This document shows, piece by piece, positions 7,615 to 16,155 of a DNA stretch of 39,392 nucleotides. Positions within the stretch are counted from its first letter, which is position 1. The number at the start of each line of letters is the position of its first letter. The translations under genes were made by a program, and so were the position numbers. The notes beneath the pieces are model-generated. The model saw nothing but the letters and a program-made list of their open reading frames with translations. It made no database searches and was not told where the DNA came from. The stretch covers positions 1 to 39,392 of the forward strand of contig DATKWN010000016.1 of the NCBI GenBank assembly GCA_035529515.1, written 5' to 3'. The stretch is from Candidatus Krumholzibacteriaceae bacterium (GTDB lineage Archaea > Thermoproteota > Bathyarchaeia > TCS64).

Positions 7615-8844
7615 ATGGATGAGGACTGGGGCAGCCCCAGGTTCGTGGAGGACCAGTTCAGGCAGTGGTACGCCCGGAACAGCGACACCATACCCGCCCC
7701 CATAGACATAGCGCACAGGGAGTTCGCCTTCCTCACCTTCCACGGACGAACCATGTACCGCCACATACGGCTCCCCACCCTCGACGAGCTTCGACGATAC
7801 ATCAGGGCAAACGCCCCCGCACACAGCTACCACAGCAGCGGCTACTACGACGACCCCACCGCCGACATGGCCCGCAAAGGATGGAGGGGCGCGGACCTGG
7901 TCTTCGACATAGACGCCGACCACTTCGACCTCCCCTGCCAGAGGGAGCACGACAGGTGGTGGTGCAGGAACTGCGACAACCAGGGCACAGGACACCCCCC
8001 CGAGTTATGCGTGTGCGGCAAGGCCCAGTTCGAGACGGAGACATGGCTCTGCGAGCGGTGCCTCCAAGCCGCCAAACACGAGACCCAGAAGCTCCTCGAC
8101 ATACTCATACAGGACTTCGGCGTAGGCACCGACGAGCTGACCACCAACTTCAGCGGCAACAGGGGCTACCACGTCCACGTCCACAGCGACGGCATGATCC
8201 CCCTCGACCAGCAGGCCCGCCGCGAGATAGTGGACTATATAATGGCTACAGGGCTCGAGGCCGAGTACCAGGGCTTCAGCCAGAGGAACCGGGGGACGCG
8301 GCCCACCCTCGCCGAGGGGGGCTGGAGGGGCAGAACAGGCCGAGCCCTCTACGACTACATCCAGGAGGTCGAGCCCGAGGAGGTGAAGCCCATGAAGCTC
8401 AGCCGGAGAGCCACGAAGAGCATCATAGAGGACCGGGAGCGGGTGCTCAACACCCTCATGGAGAGGCACCCCAGCAACGTCACCAGCCTCATAGACCCCA
8501 AGAGCCTACAGACTGTTCTGGAGAAGGCCGTGAAGCTCCAGGCTTCAGAGATCGACACCGTCGTCACCACCGACATCCACCGCCTCATCAGGCTGCCCAA
8601 AACCCTCCACGGAAAGACGGGCTGGCAGGTCCAGACCATACCGTACGGCTCCCTGCCCGATTATGACCCCCTCACGAGAGCGACTGTGATAACCGGAGAC
8701 CCTGTGAGCCTCGAGTTCAGGTGGGCCCCCAAAATAAAGATAAACGACGTGGAGTACGGACCATACGAGGACGAGGAGGCGGAGCTCCCCCTAGGCGCCG
8801 CCCTCTTCTTCCTATGCAAGAAAGGAGCCAGGCTGAAACGATGA
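7615..8844 (+). CDS. priS: DNA primase small (catalytic) subunit PriS
   Basis: Catalytic DLVFDIDADHFD and FSGNRGYHVHV motifs plus a Zn-binding Cys cluster (CQREHDRWWCRNC...CVCG...CERC). The listed ORF starts at GTG 7597. ATG 7615 is preferred because of the TATA spacing. Confidence 0.9.
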   Translation: MDEDWGSPRFVEDQFRQWYARNSDTIPAPIDIAHREFAFLTFHGRTMYRHIRLPTLDELRRYIRANAPAHSYHSSGYYDDPTADMARKGWRGADLVFDIDADHFDLPCQREHDRWWCRNCDNQGTGHPPELCVCGKAQFETETWLCERCLQAAKHETQKLLDILIQDFGVGTDELTTNFSGNRGYHVHVHSDGMIPLDQQARREIVDYIMATGLEAEYQGFSQRNRGTRPTLAEGGWRGRTGRALYDYIQEVEPEEVKPMKLSRRATKSIIEDRERVLNTLMERHPSNVTSLIDPKSLQTVLEKAVKLQASEIDTVVTTDIHRLIRLPKTLHGKTGWQVQTIPYGSLPDYDPLTRATVITGDPVSLEFRWAPKIKINDVEYGPYEDEEAELPLGAALFFLCKKGARLKR

Positions 8845-9443
8845 GCGACAGGTACGAGAGACTCCACAGGGCATGGGAGAGGGAGAATGAGAAGCCCGGG
8901 CTCCAGAACATACCCGACGAGTTCTTCCACGAGATGCGCCGCTACTCCGAGGAGCTGAATAAGACCCCCACCGACCCCGGGACCCTCACCGGCTCCATAA
9001 CCAAGAAGGAGAGAGGGTTCGTGGGTCAGATGCTGAGGGGGCTCACCGAGTCCAGGCTCCGGAAGATAGTCACCAAGGAGCTTAGAGGCGAGCCCATCGA
9101 CGCTCAGGCCATGACGCCCGAGGAGCAGAGGCTCCACGCAAACCTCAGGCAACTCCTTTTAGGCTACAGGCAGGGGGTAGACATCTCCGAGCCCGAGGCG
9201 CCGCCCACCGTCCGGGTGCCCAGGCCGGCCCCGGCGCAGAGGCCCAGCGTAGCCGCTCCACGCGAGGCGCCTGAGGGTGATCTTGTGGTGGTCCGGTTCC
9301 TGAAGCCCCTGCCCGCGATCATGGGCGTGGACATGAAGGCATACGGCCCCTTCGACCCTGAGGACGTGGCCAGCATCCCTCGACAGAATGCGGTAAACCT
9401 AATAAGGAGAGGTATAGCTAAGCTGGTGGATATAGAGCCATGA
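8841..9443 (+). CDS. GINS complex subunit (Gins15/Gins51 family)
   Basis: ATG 8841 overlaps the priS stop (ATGA). The 200-aa protein has an alpha-helical A-domain (IPDEFFHEMRRY...LTESRLRKIV) and a C-terminal B-domain (LVVVRFLKPLPAIMGVDMKAYGPFDPEDVASIP). The listed upstream extension from 8721 is Arg/Gly-rich and lies inside priS. Confidence 0.7.
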   Translation: MSDRYERLHRAWERENEKPGLQNIPDEFFHEMRRYSEELNKTPTDPGTLTGSITKKERGFVGQMLRGLTESRLRKIVTKELRGEPIDAQAMTPEEQRLHANLRQLLLGYRQGVDISEPEAPPTVRVPRPAPAQRPSVAAPREAPEGDLVVVRFLKPLPAIMGVDMKAYGPFDPEDVASIPRQNAVNLIRRGIAKLVDIEP

Positions 9444-9715
9444 AAGTACCGAGGACCATGCGGACTTACTGTCCGAAGTGCAAGACACACACAGAGTTCA
9501 GCGTCTCCATCTATAAGCCCGGGAAAAGAGCGGGCGCAAAGAAGGGCGAGCGCAGGCAGGCCGAGCGCAAGAAGGGCTACGGTGGCCAGAAGTTCCCGGA
9601 GCAGCACAACCAGGCCAAGGTCACGAAGAAGCAGTCCCTCATGCTCAAGTGCAAGGAGTGCAGCTACACGTTACAGCGTAAAGGGATGCGGCTCAAGAAG
9701 CTGGAGGTAGTATAG
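9440..9715 (+). CDS. rpl44e: 50S ribosomal protein L44e (eL42)
   Basis: MKVPRTMRTYCPKCKTHTEF...KKGYGGQ...LKCKECSY, the typical eL42 zinc-ribbon sequence. It overlaps the GINS stop by 4 nt. Confidence 0.93.
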   Translation: MKVPRTMRTYCPKCKTHTEFSVSIYKPGKRAGAKKGERRQAERKKGYGGQKFPEQHNQAKVTKKQSLMLKCKECSYTLQRKGMRLKKLEVV

Positions 9716-9716
9716 A

Positions 9717-9914
9717 TTGGCTGAATGGGAGCACCTCATACCCCGCCCCACGTCACGGTTCCTACGCGTACGGTGCATAAGCTGCGAAAGCGAGCAGATA
9801 TTATTCAGCCACAGCAGCACCCAGGTCCAGTGCCAGACCTGCGGAGAGGTGCTCGCGGAGCCCATGGGCGGGAAAGCCAAGATCAACGCCGCCATAATAT
9901 CTGTTTTAGGGTGA
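9717..9914 (+). CDS. rps27e: 30S ribosomal protein S27e (eS27)
   Basis: FLRVRCISCESEQILFSHSSTQVQCQTCGEVLAEPMGGKA, the typical eS27 C4 zinc ribbon. The apparent start is TTG. Confidence 0.9.
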   Translation: MAEWEHLIPRPTSRFLRVRCISCESEQILFSHSSTQVQCQTCGEVLAEPMGGKAKINAAIISVLG

Positions 9915-9919
9915 TTTAG

Positions 9920-10711
9920 ATGAGTCTAGGGCGACCCGAGTGGCCCGAGGTCGGCGAACTCGTCGTGGCGACGGTGCTGCGCGTGGAGAGCTACGGCGCC
10001 TACGTCGGCCTCGACGAGTACCCCAACAAGGAGGGCCTCCTACACATCTCTGAGATAAGCAGCAGATGGGTGAGGAAGATCCGGAACCACGTGCGGCAAA
10101 ACCAGAAGGTCGTCCTACAGGTACTCAGGACGGACCCGGGGAAGGGGCAGGTTGACCTCAGCCTGAGAAGGGTGAGCCGGGACGATAAACGTAAGAAGAT
10201 AGAGTCCTGGAAGAAGGAGCGGAAGGCGGTGACTCTGCTCTCGCAGGCAGCCCAGCAGCTCAACACGGACACCGAGGCCCTCTTCGATAGAGAGGGGGCG
10301 AAGCTGGTGGACCACTACGGCAGCCTGTACGAGGGACTCGAGGCCGCCGCCAAGAACGGCGCGGACGCCCTCAAGGAGGCCGGCGTAGAGCCCAAGGCAG
10401 CCGAGGTGCTCAGCGAGATCGCCAAGGAAAAGATTATCATAAGGGGCGTCACGATTCAGGGCGTCCTCGAGGCGTCGACCATGTCCAGCTACGGCATACA
10501 GGAGATCAAGGACACGTTCCAGAAGGCCGAGGAGGTCGCCCAGGATAACGAAGCCACCATCAACATATCCACCCTAGGCGCCCCTAAGTACAGGATCCAG
10601 CTCACGGCGGAGGACTACAAGAAGGCCGAGTACGCGCTCGACAAGGTGGTCAAGTTCGCCGAAGAGGCTTGGGAGGCCATAGACGGCATCATCTCGTTCA
10701 CGAGGGAGTAG
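9920..10711 (+). CDS. eif2a: Translation initiation factor 2 alpha subunit (aIF2-alpha)
   Basis: 263 aa with an N-terminal S1 domain (GELVVATVLRVESYGAYVGLDEYPNKEGLLHISEISSRWV). It sits in the conserved position after rps27e. Confidence 0.92.
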   Translation: MSLGRPEWPEVGELVVATVLRVESYGAYVGLDEYPNKEGLLHISEISSRWVRKIRNHVRQNQKVVLQVLRTDPGKGQVDLSLRRVSRDDKRKKIESWKKERKAVTLLSQAAQQLNTDTEALFDREGAKLVDHYGSLYEGLEAAAKNGADALKEAGVEPKAAEVLSEIAKEKIIIRGVTIQGVLEASTMSSYGIQEIKDTFQKAEEVAQDNEATINISTLGAPKYRIQLTAEDYKKAEYALDKVVKFAEEAWEAIDGIISFTRE

Positions 10712-10716
10712 AGCCA

Positions 10717-10896
10717 ATGGTGTGGCTTCTGAGGCGATGCACCAGTTGCAGCCAATACACGCTCAAGGACACTTGCCCACGGTGCGGAGGCGCCGCGGAG
10801 TCGCCCCACCCAGCGAAGTTCTCCCTCGACGACAAGTACCGCAGGTACCGCATCCTCATGAAGAGGATGGCTGAGAGGAAACAGCAGTCGCGGTGA
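10717..10896 (+). CDS. nop10: H/ACA RNP protein Nop10
   Basis: 59 aa: MVWLLRRCTSCSQYTLKDTCPRCGGAAESPHPAKFSLDDKYRRYR, with the Nop10 zinc ribbon and PAKFSxDDKY motif. It is the internal Met of the listed 10669..10896 ORF. Confidence 0.9.
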   Translation: MVWLLRRCTSCSQYTLKDTCPRCGGAAESPHPAKFSLDDKYRRYRILMKRMAERKQQSR

Positions 10897-10972
10897 CACA
10901 GACTCGTATGAAGAATATTTTTCTCTTGGAAAGGCTTTTTATCGTCCAGTTCCCGTAGTTTTTGTGATCACC

Positions 10973-11341
10973 ATGGCAAAGACTTATGTTCGAATCTTTG
11001 GCCCACCGCTTCTTAAAGCCATCAAGGCTCTGGAGGGCGTCGCCGTAGACATGTCGAAGGTAATAGAGGTAAAGTTCAGCCACAAGTGTGTGCCTTACCC
11101 TACGAGGCTGCAGAGCGACAAGAGAGACTGGGACAGCTACCTGAAGAACCTGAAGAACACGTACACTGACTGCTACGAGCCTCAGAAGATAATCAGCGAC
11201 GCCAGCTTGACCCTCGGCGAGTACGACTTCGTGTTCGAGTGGACCGAAAAGCCTTCGATGAAGAAGATCCGAGGCCTCATCGAGAACATCGACAAGGCTC
11301 TGGGTGACCTGGGTGTTCACTACTCGCTTACTACCAAATAG
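10973..11341 (+). CDS. Hypothetical protein (no recognisable motif)
   Basis: 122 aa from ATG 10973 (MAKTYVRIFGPP...); the listed ORF starts at GTG 10964. A TATA-like CTTTTTATCG lies about 30 nt upstream and a T7 run immediately downstream. GC is intermediate. Confidence 0.5.
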   Translation: MAKTYVRIFGPPLLKAIKALEGVAVDMSKVIEVKFSHKCVPYPTRLQSDKRDWDSYLKNLKNTYTDCYEPQKIISDASLTLGEYDFVFEWTEKPSMKKIRGLIENIDKALGDLGVHYSLTTK

Positions 11342-11347
11342 AAACCA

Positions 11348-11400
11348 TTTTTTTAATCGAAGGCTGCTTCAAAACAGTTTTTTTAAAAAATAAGAAAGGG
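11348..11400. terminator. Bidirectional T-run terminator region
   Basis: There are T7 runs at 11348-11354 and 11378-11384 on the plus strand. A6 at 11385-11390 followed by TAAGAAA gives TTTCTTATTTTTT on the minus strand, just after the minus-strand small ORF stop. Confidence 0.5.
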
Positions 11401-11406
11401 GTGGAT

Positions 11407-11553
11407 TTACTCGTTGGCGGCTTCAAGTTCCTCAGTCGATGCCTCACTCTCTGCGAGGGCTTTTCTTTCCCGGATCTCCTCGTAGACGATGAAGGCAGGC
11501 ATGATCACCCAGATGGCGATCATGACCCAGAAGAGGACGGTGTCGTAGTTCAT
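11407..11553 (-). CDS. 48-aa single-TM microprotein translationally coupled to the livM-type permease
   Basis: [48 protein letters not shown]. Its ATG overlaps the permease stop (ATGA). It has one hydrophobic helix and strong GC3 bias. The listed 11401..11688(+) ORF is the opposite-strand shadow. Confidence 0.4.
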   Translation of the reverse strand: MNYDTVLFWVMIAIWVIMPAFIVYEEIRERKALAESEASTEELEAANE

Positions 11554-12767
11554 TCTTCTTTCTCCTTCTCCTCCTTCAGTCCACCAGACAGGAAGGACAT
11601 TAATCCCTTGACACCACTGCTGGATCCACGTGTTCTCGACGCAGTTCTCCAGTCAACTACGACCTCTTCGTCCACTAGCCTCCTGTAGTTTACTCCCGGG
11701 ATGTATAGTAGCTTCTCGGGAATAATACCGTTTGGACGGAATATGATTACGGCTACTAGTAGTACTCCAAGAAGGATCTGCTCGAAGTAGGCGATCGGGA
11801 AGAAGAAGACCTCCTGCAGGAACCACTTGTTCACGATGATGATCCTTCGGAGGGCAGTTACCAGTGCGCAGCCGAGGAAAGTTCCGGCGTTGTTACCAGG
11901 TCCTCCAAGTATGAGCATCAGCCAGGGCCAGTAGGTCCATAGGGCACGCTGATAGTTTGCTTCCACGACGTAGCTGAAGTAGAACCCGATTAATGCACCG
12001 CTTATGGCAGTGATGCCGGAGGCGAACATGAGTATGTTCCGTCTGATCCCGGTTACGTTTTTACCTACGCTGCCCACTGTGACTTCGTTTTCGCGTATAG
12101 CCCTCATCAATCTGCCGTAGGGACTGTTCAGCATGGTTCTGAAGATGAAGAAGCTGATCAGGCCCATCAACAATGTTATGATTGCCATCACTATAGTTCG
12201 GTCTCCTGGGTACCACTTGAAAATATCCGGGATGAATAATCCAAGTGTTCCACCGCTTATCCAGGTTATATTCCTTCCAAAGATCTGTGAGGCATCGGCC
12301 ATGGTAATCAGGACGATCATCAGGTAGGTTGCCCTAAGCCGAATGGCTGGTAAGCTGATTAACCATCCGATGGCGGCGCCTAGTATCAGGGATATGGCTA
12401 TTGTGAAGAGAAGCATTGAGATGCCGAAAAGAGGTTTACCGGAAAGCCAGCTGTTTACAATGTTAACGTTGGCTGGACTGTTGTACACCCAATCGTAGTC
12501 GGATGTCCAAGGTAGAATCTCAACTCCAGCATTCCCAGCTAGGGTAAATATTAACCGGGTCGTTATGGCGCTTACTGTGAAGCCGCCAATGATAACCTGT
12601 ACGGCACATCCCATGTTGGGTATGCCTGCGTTTCCATACTGGAAGTTGAGGGCCATGGCTACAATGACGAATAGACCAAAATACATGGCTATGTCTACGA
12701 TTAGCCTGGAAGTGCCTTCGACTGCTACGCTGCTTGTAAGTAGTCCTAGTGCTATTTCTTGTATCAT
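11550..12767 (-). CDS. livM: Branched-chain amino acid ABC transporter permease (LivM type)
   Basis: 405-aa multi-TM protein with LivM-like sequence. It overlaps the upstream livH-type gene by 4 nt and has an unusual charged C-terminal tail (...[11 protein letters not shown]). Confidence 0.82.
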   Translation of the reverse strand: MIQEIALGLLTSSVAVEGTSRLIVDIAMYFGLFVIVAMALNFQYGNAGIPNMGCAVQVIIGGFTVSAITTRLIFTLAGNAGVEILPWTSDYDWVYNSPANVNIVNSWLSGKPLFGISMLLFTIAISLILGAAIGWLISLPAIRLRATYLMIVLITMADASQIFGRNITWISGGTLGLFIPDIFKWYPGDRTIVMAIITLLMGLISFFIFRTMLNSPYGRLMRAIRENEVTVGSVGKNVTGIRRNILMFASGITAISGALIGFYFSYVVEANYQRALWTYWPWLMLILGGPGNNAGTFLGCALVTALRRIIIVNKWFLQEVFFFPIAYFEQILLGVLLVAVIIFRPNGIIPEKLLYIPGVNYRRLVDEEVVVDWRTASRTRGSSSGVKGLMSFLSGGLKEEKEKEE

Positions 12768-13744
12768 GTTACTGGTTCCTCCTTAAGCAATCCAAGTGAT
12801 TTCAATATTGATTGTCCTGAGTCGCTGGCAACCACCCTTTCCCATACTCCTTGTAGACCACGAGGTTCTATCAATAGAATGATTACAAGGAATATCATGG
12901 GGATCAATGGCCGGTATTCACCTACCCAAGCCCCTAATATGGTTGAGCCCCAGTATGTCAACATAATCTCGGATACACCGACCGCTAAACCACCTACAAC
13001 GGCTCCATACACGTTTTCGAAGCCTCCCAACAGACTGCCGGCCATGATGGGAGTAATCATCATGGCGCCGGTCGTTGGAGTGCTCATGAACCACAGGGGG
13101 ATCATTGAACCCGCTAAACTAGCCATTCCTCCTGTGAGGAACCAACTGAATACTTGGACCTGGTTTATATTGATTCCGAGTACTGAAGCAAGCTCCGGGT
13201 CCTCTGCAGTCGCCCTCATCGCTATGCCGATCTTTGTCCTTGTTAGCATATAGTGCAGGATTACTACACAGGAGACTGTAAGTCCCACAGAAACTATGAA
13301 GATCCCTGGGAAGTCACCAATTTTAAAGTCAAAGTCCTTCAACATGAACAACGATGCGTAAGTATGGTACTTGGCTCTCAGCCAGAATGCGTAGATGTTG
13401 GTTGCACCCGCTAGGAAGATCTGGATCGCCAGCGTTGAAATGGTTAGTACGATTGCTCCGCCACCCAATCTTTGGAGTACCCCGATGACCAGAAAGTAGA
13501 TGATTATACTGATCAAGCCTCCAATTAAGAAGGAAAAAGGGAACCCCCAGTAGGGTGAAAATCCAAGGATTTTGGCGCACGTGTAGCTTACATAGATACC
13601 TATGCCTGCGTACGTTCCGTGTGCGAAGTTGGGTATTTTCGCCGTCAGGTATGTCAACGTGAAGCCCATACTGAGTAGTGTTAACTCACTTGCATAAGTC
13701 AGAGCTGCTATCCAAATCGCTGGGATTAACATGTTTAAACCCAC
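12764..13744 (-). CDS. livH: Branched-chain amino acid ABC transporter permease (LivH type)
   Basis: 326-aa multi-TM protein with a LivH-like N-terminus (LTYASELTLLSMGFTLTYLTAKIPNFAHG). Confidence 0.82.
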   Translation of the reverse strand: MGLNMLIPAIWIAALTYASELTLLSMGFTLTYLTAKIPNFAHGTYAGIGIYVSYTCAKILGFSPYWGFPFSFLIGGLISIIIYFLVIGVLQRLGGGAIVLTISTLAIQIFLAGATNIYAFWLRAKYHTYASLFMLKDFDFKIGDFPGIFIVSVGLTVSCVVILHYMLTRTKIGIAMRATAEDPELASVLGININQVQVFSWFLTGGMASLAGSMIPLWFMSTPTTGAMMITPIMAGSLLGGFENVYGAVVGGLAVGVSEIMLTYWGSTILGAWVGEYRPLIPMIFLVIILLIEPRGLQGVWERVVASDSGQSILKSLGLLKEEPVT

Positions 13745-13973
13745 AACGGTTCTACCTATATGAATTAATAATACTTTTCATGAATATAGAGTACTATCGT
13801 GAAATTAGGCTAAAATAAGGGGTTTTTGCTTTGATTAATCCTAATACGGCGATATAAAGCAAGTTTATATGATATCCAATGTTTTCCTGAATAAGTACAT
13901 GTAAAAAACTTATATAATGTAACGAGCGAATTTACTATCTGCGACTAACAATAAGGTGAAATTTGACTTGGAA

Positions 13974-15269
13974 ATGAAAGGTAACACCCTAGCTATAGTA
14001 CTACTTGTCGTAGGACTGGTCGTCGGAGGGGGCGTAGGATACTTCGCCGCCCCGACGCAGACGGAGACCGTAACTGAAATCGAGACAGTTGAAGTCCAGC
14101 CACTTGATGGTAAGACTATTCGGATCGGTTATATCGTCGCCGAGACGCCCGCTCTGGAGACAAGCCAACCACACATAGAACAGATGATGACACCGGATTA
14201 CAACGAATATGCTTCTAAACTTGGATACGACGTAGAGTTTGAGTACTTGATCGACGACGCAACCGCCCAACAAGTGGTCCACCTGGAGAAGGTCCAGGGC
14301 TTCAAGAGCATAGACGTCAACATATTCATCGGCGGCGGCTGGTCAGCCCAAGCTGCATCAGCTCTAAGCTACTGTAACGACAACGATATGTTGATGTGGA
14401 GCGCATCATCCACCGCCCCAACGCTAATGATCCCCGACGACAATCTCCTCAGGATGTGCCCAACCGACCTGGTTCAGGCTCCCGCTATCGCAAGGATGCT
14501 TGAGAGCCATGGTATCAAAGCCTTGGTAGTTATCCAGCGTGGTGACGCGTGGGCAGACGGCATCTATAATATATTGGAGCCAATGTGGCTAGATAACGGT
14601 GGAGTGATACTTCAGAGGATCAGGTATGCGCAGGAAGTCCTAGAGTTCTCAAGCTATCTACAACTGGCTGAGGATGTTCTTTCTGAGGCTGTTGATGAGT
14701 ATGGTGCGGAACATGTTGGTATTGATATAATCTCATTCACGGAGGCCACCACTATGGTCCAGCAAGCAGAGGACTTCCCAACAGTCTACAGCACTGTATG
14801 GTTCGGTAGCGACGGCACAGCTTTGACACCACAGATAGAGGACGACGCCCCTGAACAGGCAGCCCATGTTAATCTCTACAGTACACTGGCTGCACCAGCG
14901 GAATCAGATAAATATAAGGAACTAGCCGAGAGATACTATGCTCTCGTATCAATGCCTTATGGCTACTACACTGCTTGTGCGTATGACATCGGCTGGGTGC
15001 TTACAGAGACAATACTCGAGAGCCAAAGCATAGATGCAATGGTTAACCTCCCACTTCAGGAGACCACTTGCTTCAACAGCTTCGGCGCCAGCGGCTGGAA
15101 CAAGATAAACGATGATGGCGACAGATACGCATCCAACTACCAGATCTGGGCCTACCAAATTGACGACACCGGCGACGGCAGTGAATACGTTGCCGGACTG
15201 TACGACATGGTCTCGGACAGCGTTACATGGTACACAGACTTAATCGGCTATGTACCACCAACAAGGTAA
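13974..15269 (+). CDS. ABC transporter substrate-binding protein (type 1 PBP / LivK-like) with N-terminal membrane anchor
   Basis: ATG 13974 (MKGNTLAIVLLVVGLVVGGGVGYF...) gives a TM anchor followed by a roughly 400-aa periplasmic-binding-protein-like domain. It is divergent from the permease genes. The listed ORF begins at GTG 13956. Confidence 0.75.
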   Translation: MKGNTLAIVLLVVGLVVGGGVGYFAAPTQTETVTEIETVEVQPLDGKTIRIGYIVAETPALETSQPHIEQMMTPDYNEYASKLGYDVEFEYLIDDATAQQVVHLEKVQGFKSIDVNIFIGGGWSAQAASALSYCNDNDMLMWSASSTAPTLMIPDDNLLRMCPTDLVQAPAIARMLESHGIKALVVIQRGDAWADGIYNILEPMWLDNGGVILQRIRYAQEVLEFSSYLQLAEDVLSEAVDEYGAEHVGIDIISFTEATTMVQQAEDFPTVYSTVWFGSDGTALTPQIEDDAPEQAAHVNLYSTLAAPAESDKYKELAERYYALVSMPYGYYTACAYDIGWVLTETILESQSIDAMVNLPLQETTCFNSFGASGWNKINDDGDRYASNYQIWAYQIDDTGDGSEYVAGLYDMVSDSVTWYTDLIGYVPPTR

Positions 15270-15291
15270 ACACACAAAATCTAAATTCTCC

Positions 15292-15298
15292 TTTTTTT
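15292..15298 (+). terminator. T7 run after the substrate-binding protein gene
   Basis: CCTTTTTTTAA lies 23 nt after the stop codon. Oligo-T tracts act as archaeal termination signals. Confidence 0.45.
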
Positions 15299-15312
15299 AA
15301 AATAATGATAAA

Positions 15313-15354
15313 TTGCCTATTTGGCAAAATGTGAATTTAGTATTCTGGCAAAAT
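15313..15354. promoter_or_regulatory. Operator-like repeats upstream of livG (TTGCC-N5-GGCAA dyad plus second TGGCAAAAT)
   Basis: TTGCC (15313-17) / GGCAA (15323-27) form an inverted repeat. TGGCAAAAT is repeated at 15322-30 and 15346-54, a 24-nt period, and lies 45-85 nt upstream of the livG ATG. Confidence 0.35.
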
Positions 15355-15396
15355 ATTTAAACAGAAACCCCACGCTATAGGATCGTTGATGCCGAT

Positions 15397-16155
15397 ATGT
15401 CGGAAGTACTGAAAATAGACAATGTATACAAGTATTTCGGTAAGTTCGCTGCTAACGATGGCGTCAGTTTCAGCCTAAAAGAGGGAGGCATCTATCTTCT
15501 GGTCGGCCCCAACGGCTGCGGCAAGTCAACACTGGTGAACTGCATCTCAGGCATATATGTGCCCGAGGAAGGACATGTCTACTATCGCGAGGCAGACATC
15601 ACGAGCGAGGAAATGTACAAGATCGCCAGGAGAGGGCTCGTACGCACATTCCAGATCGCGTCCCCGTTCCTACGCCTTACGACGCTAGAGAACATGCTCG
15701 TGGCGTTACCAGAGAACGCCGGAGAGAACATAGCTCTCTCAATGTTCAAGCCAACGTGGGTCGACAGCGAGATCACCGCCGTGAGACGGGCGTCAGAGTT
15801 GCTGAAGGTTCTTGGCCTAAGACACGTATGGAACAAACCTGCGAACACCCTTAGCGGAGGAGAGCTCAAGCTACTGGAGATCGGGCGGGCGCTGATGTCA
15901 GGAGCCGAGACTATACTGCTCGACGAGCCGGTTGGTAGCATCGACCCGGTGCTCTGCCACCAGATATTTAACCACGTCCTGAGACTCCGTGATGAGCTGG
16001 GGATCACCTTCCTGGTCATCGAGCACAGGCTTGAGGTGGCCGCCCAGTACGCGGACCACGTCTTCGCCATGGACCTGGGCAAGCTGGTCACCGAGGGCAC
16101 CGCCGAGGAGGTCTTCGAGGACGAGCGGGTAATTAAAGCATACTTGGGTGAGTGA
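15397..16155 (+). CDS. livG: Branched-chain amino acid ABC transporter ATP-binding protein (LivG type)
   Basis: 252 aa with Walker A GPNGCGKST, signature LSGGELKLLEIGRAL and Walker B ILLDEPVGSIDP. Confidence 0.9.
   Translation: MSEVLKIDNVYKYFGKFAANDGVSFSLKEGGIYLLVGPNGCGKSTLVNCISGIYVPEEGHVYYREADITSEEMYKIARRGLVRTFQIASPFLRLTTLENMLVALPENAGENIALSMFKPTWVDSEITAVRRASELLKVLGLRHVWNKPANTLSGGELKLLEIGRALMSGAETILLDEPVGSIDPVLCHQIFNHVLRLRDELGITFLVIEHRLEVAAQYADHVFAMDLGKLVTEGTAEEVFEDERVIKAYLGE

Noticed and set aside
7665-8666. 333-aa plus-strand ORF overlapping priS in another frame, plus several minus-strand ORFs at 7606..8469
   Set aside because: The composition is extreme in Arg/Pro/His/Gly, typical of out-of-frame reading of GC-rich coding DNA. 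The priS frame carries the catalytic primase motifs.
10985-10997. GTTCGAATC word resembling a tRNA T-loop
   Set aside because: The flanking 5-nt segments are not complementary, so there is no T-stem, and no acceptor or anticodon arms could be drawn. It lies inside a coding frame. No tRNA was called anywhere in the window.
11401-11688. 95-aa plus-strand ORF at the livM 3' end
   Set aside because: Its sequence is Ser/Asp/Pro-rich and non-globular. It is antisense to the livM C-terminus and to a better-supported 48-aa minus-strand ORF.
15305-15412. Possible C/D box sRNA (AATGATA ... GTTGATG ... CTGA) upstream of livG
   Set aside because: The boxes deviate from RUGAUGA/CUGA, their spacing does not fit the 12-nt guide architecture, and no terminal stem or k-turn pairing is present.
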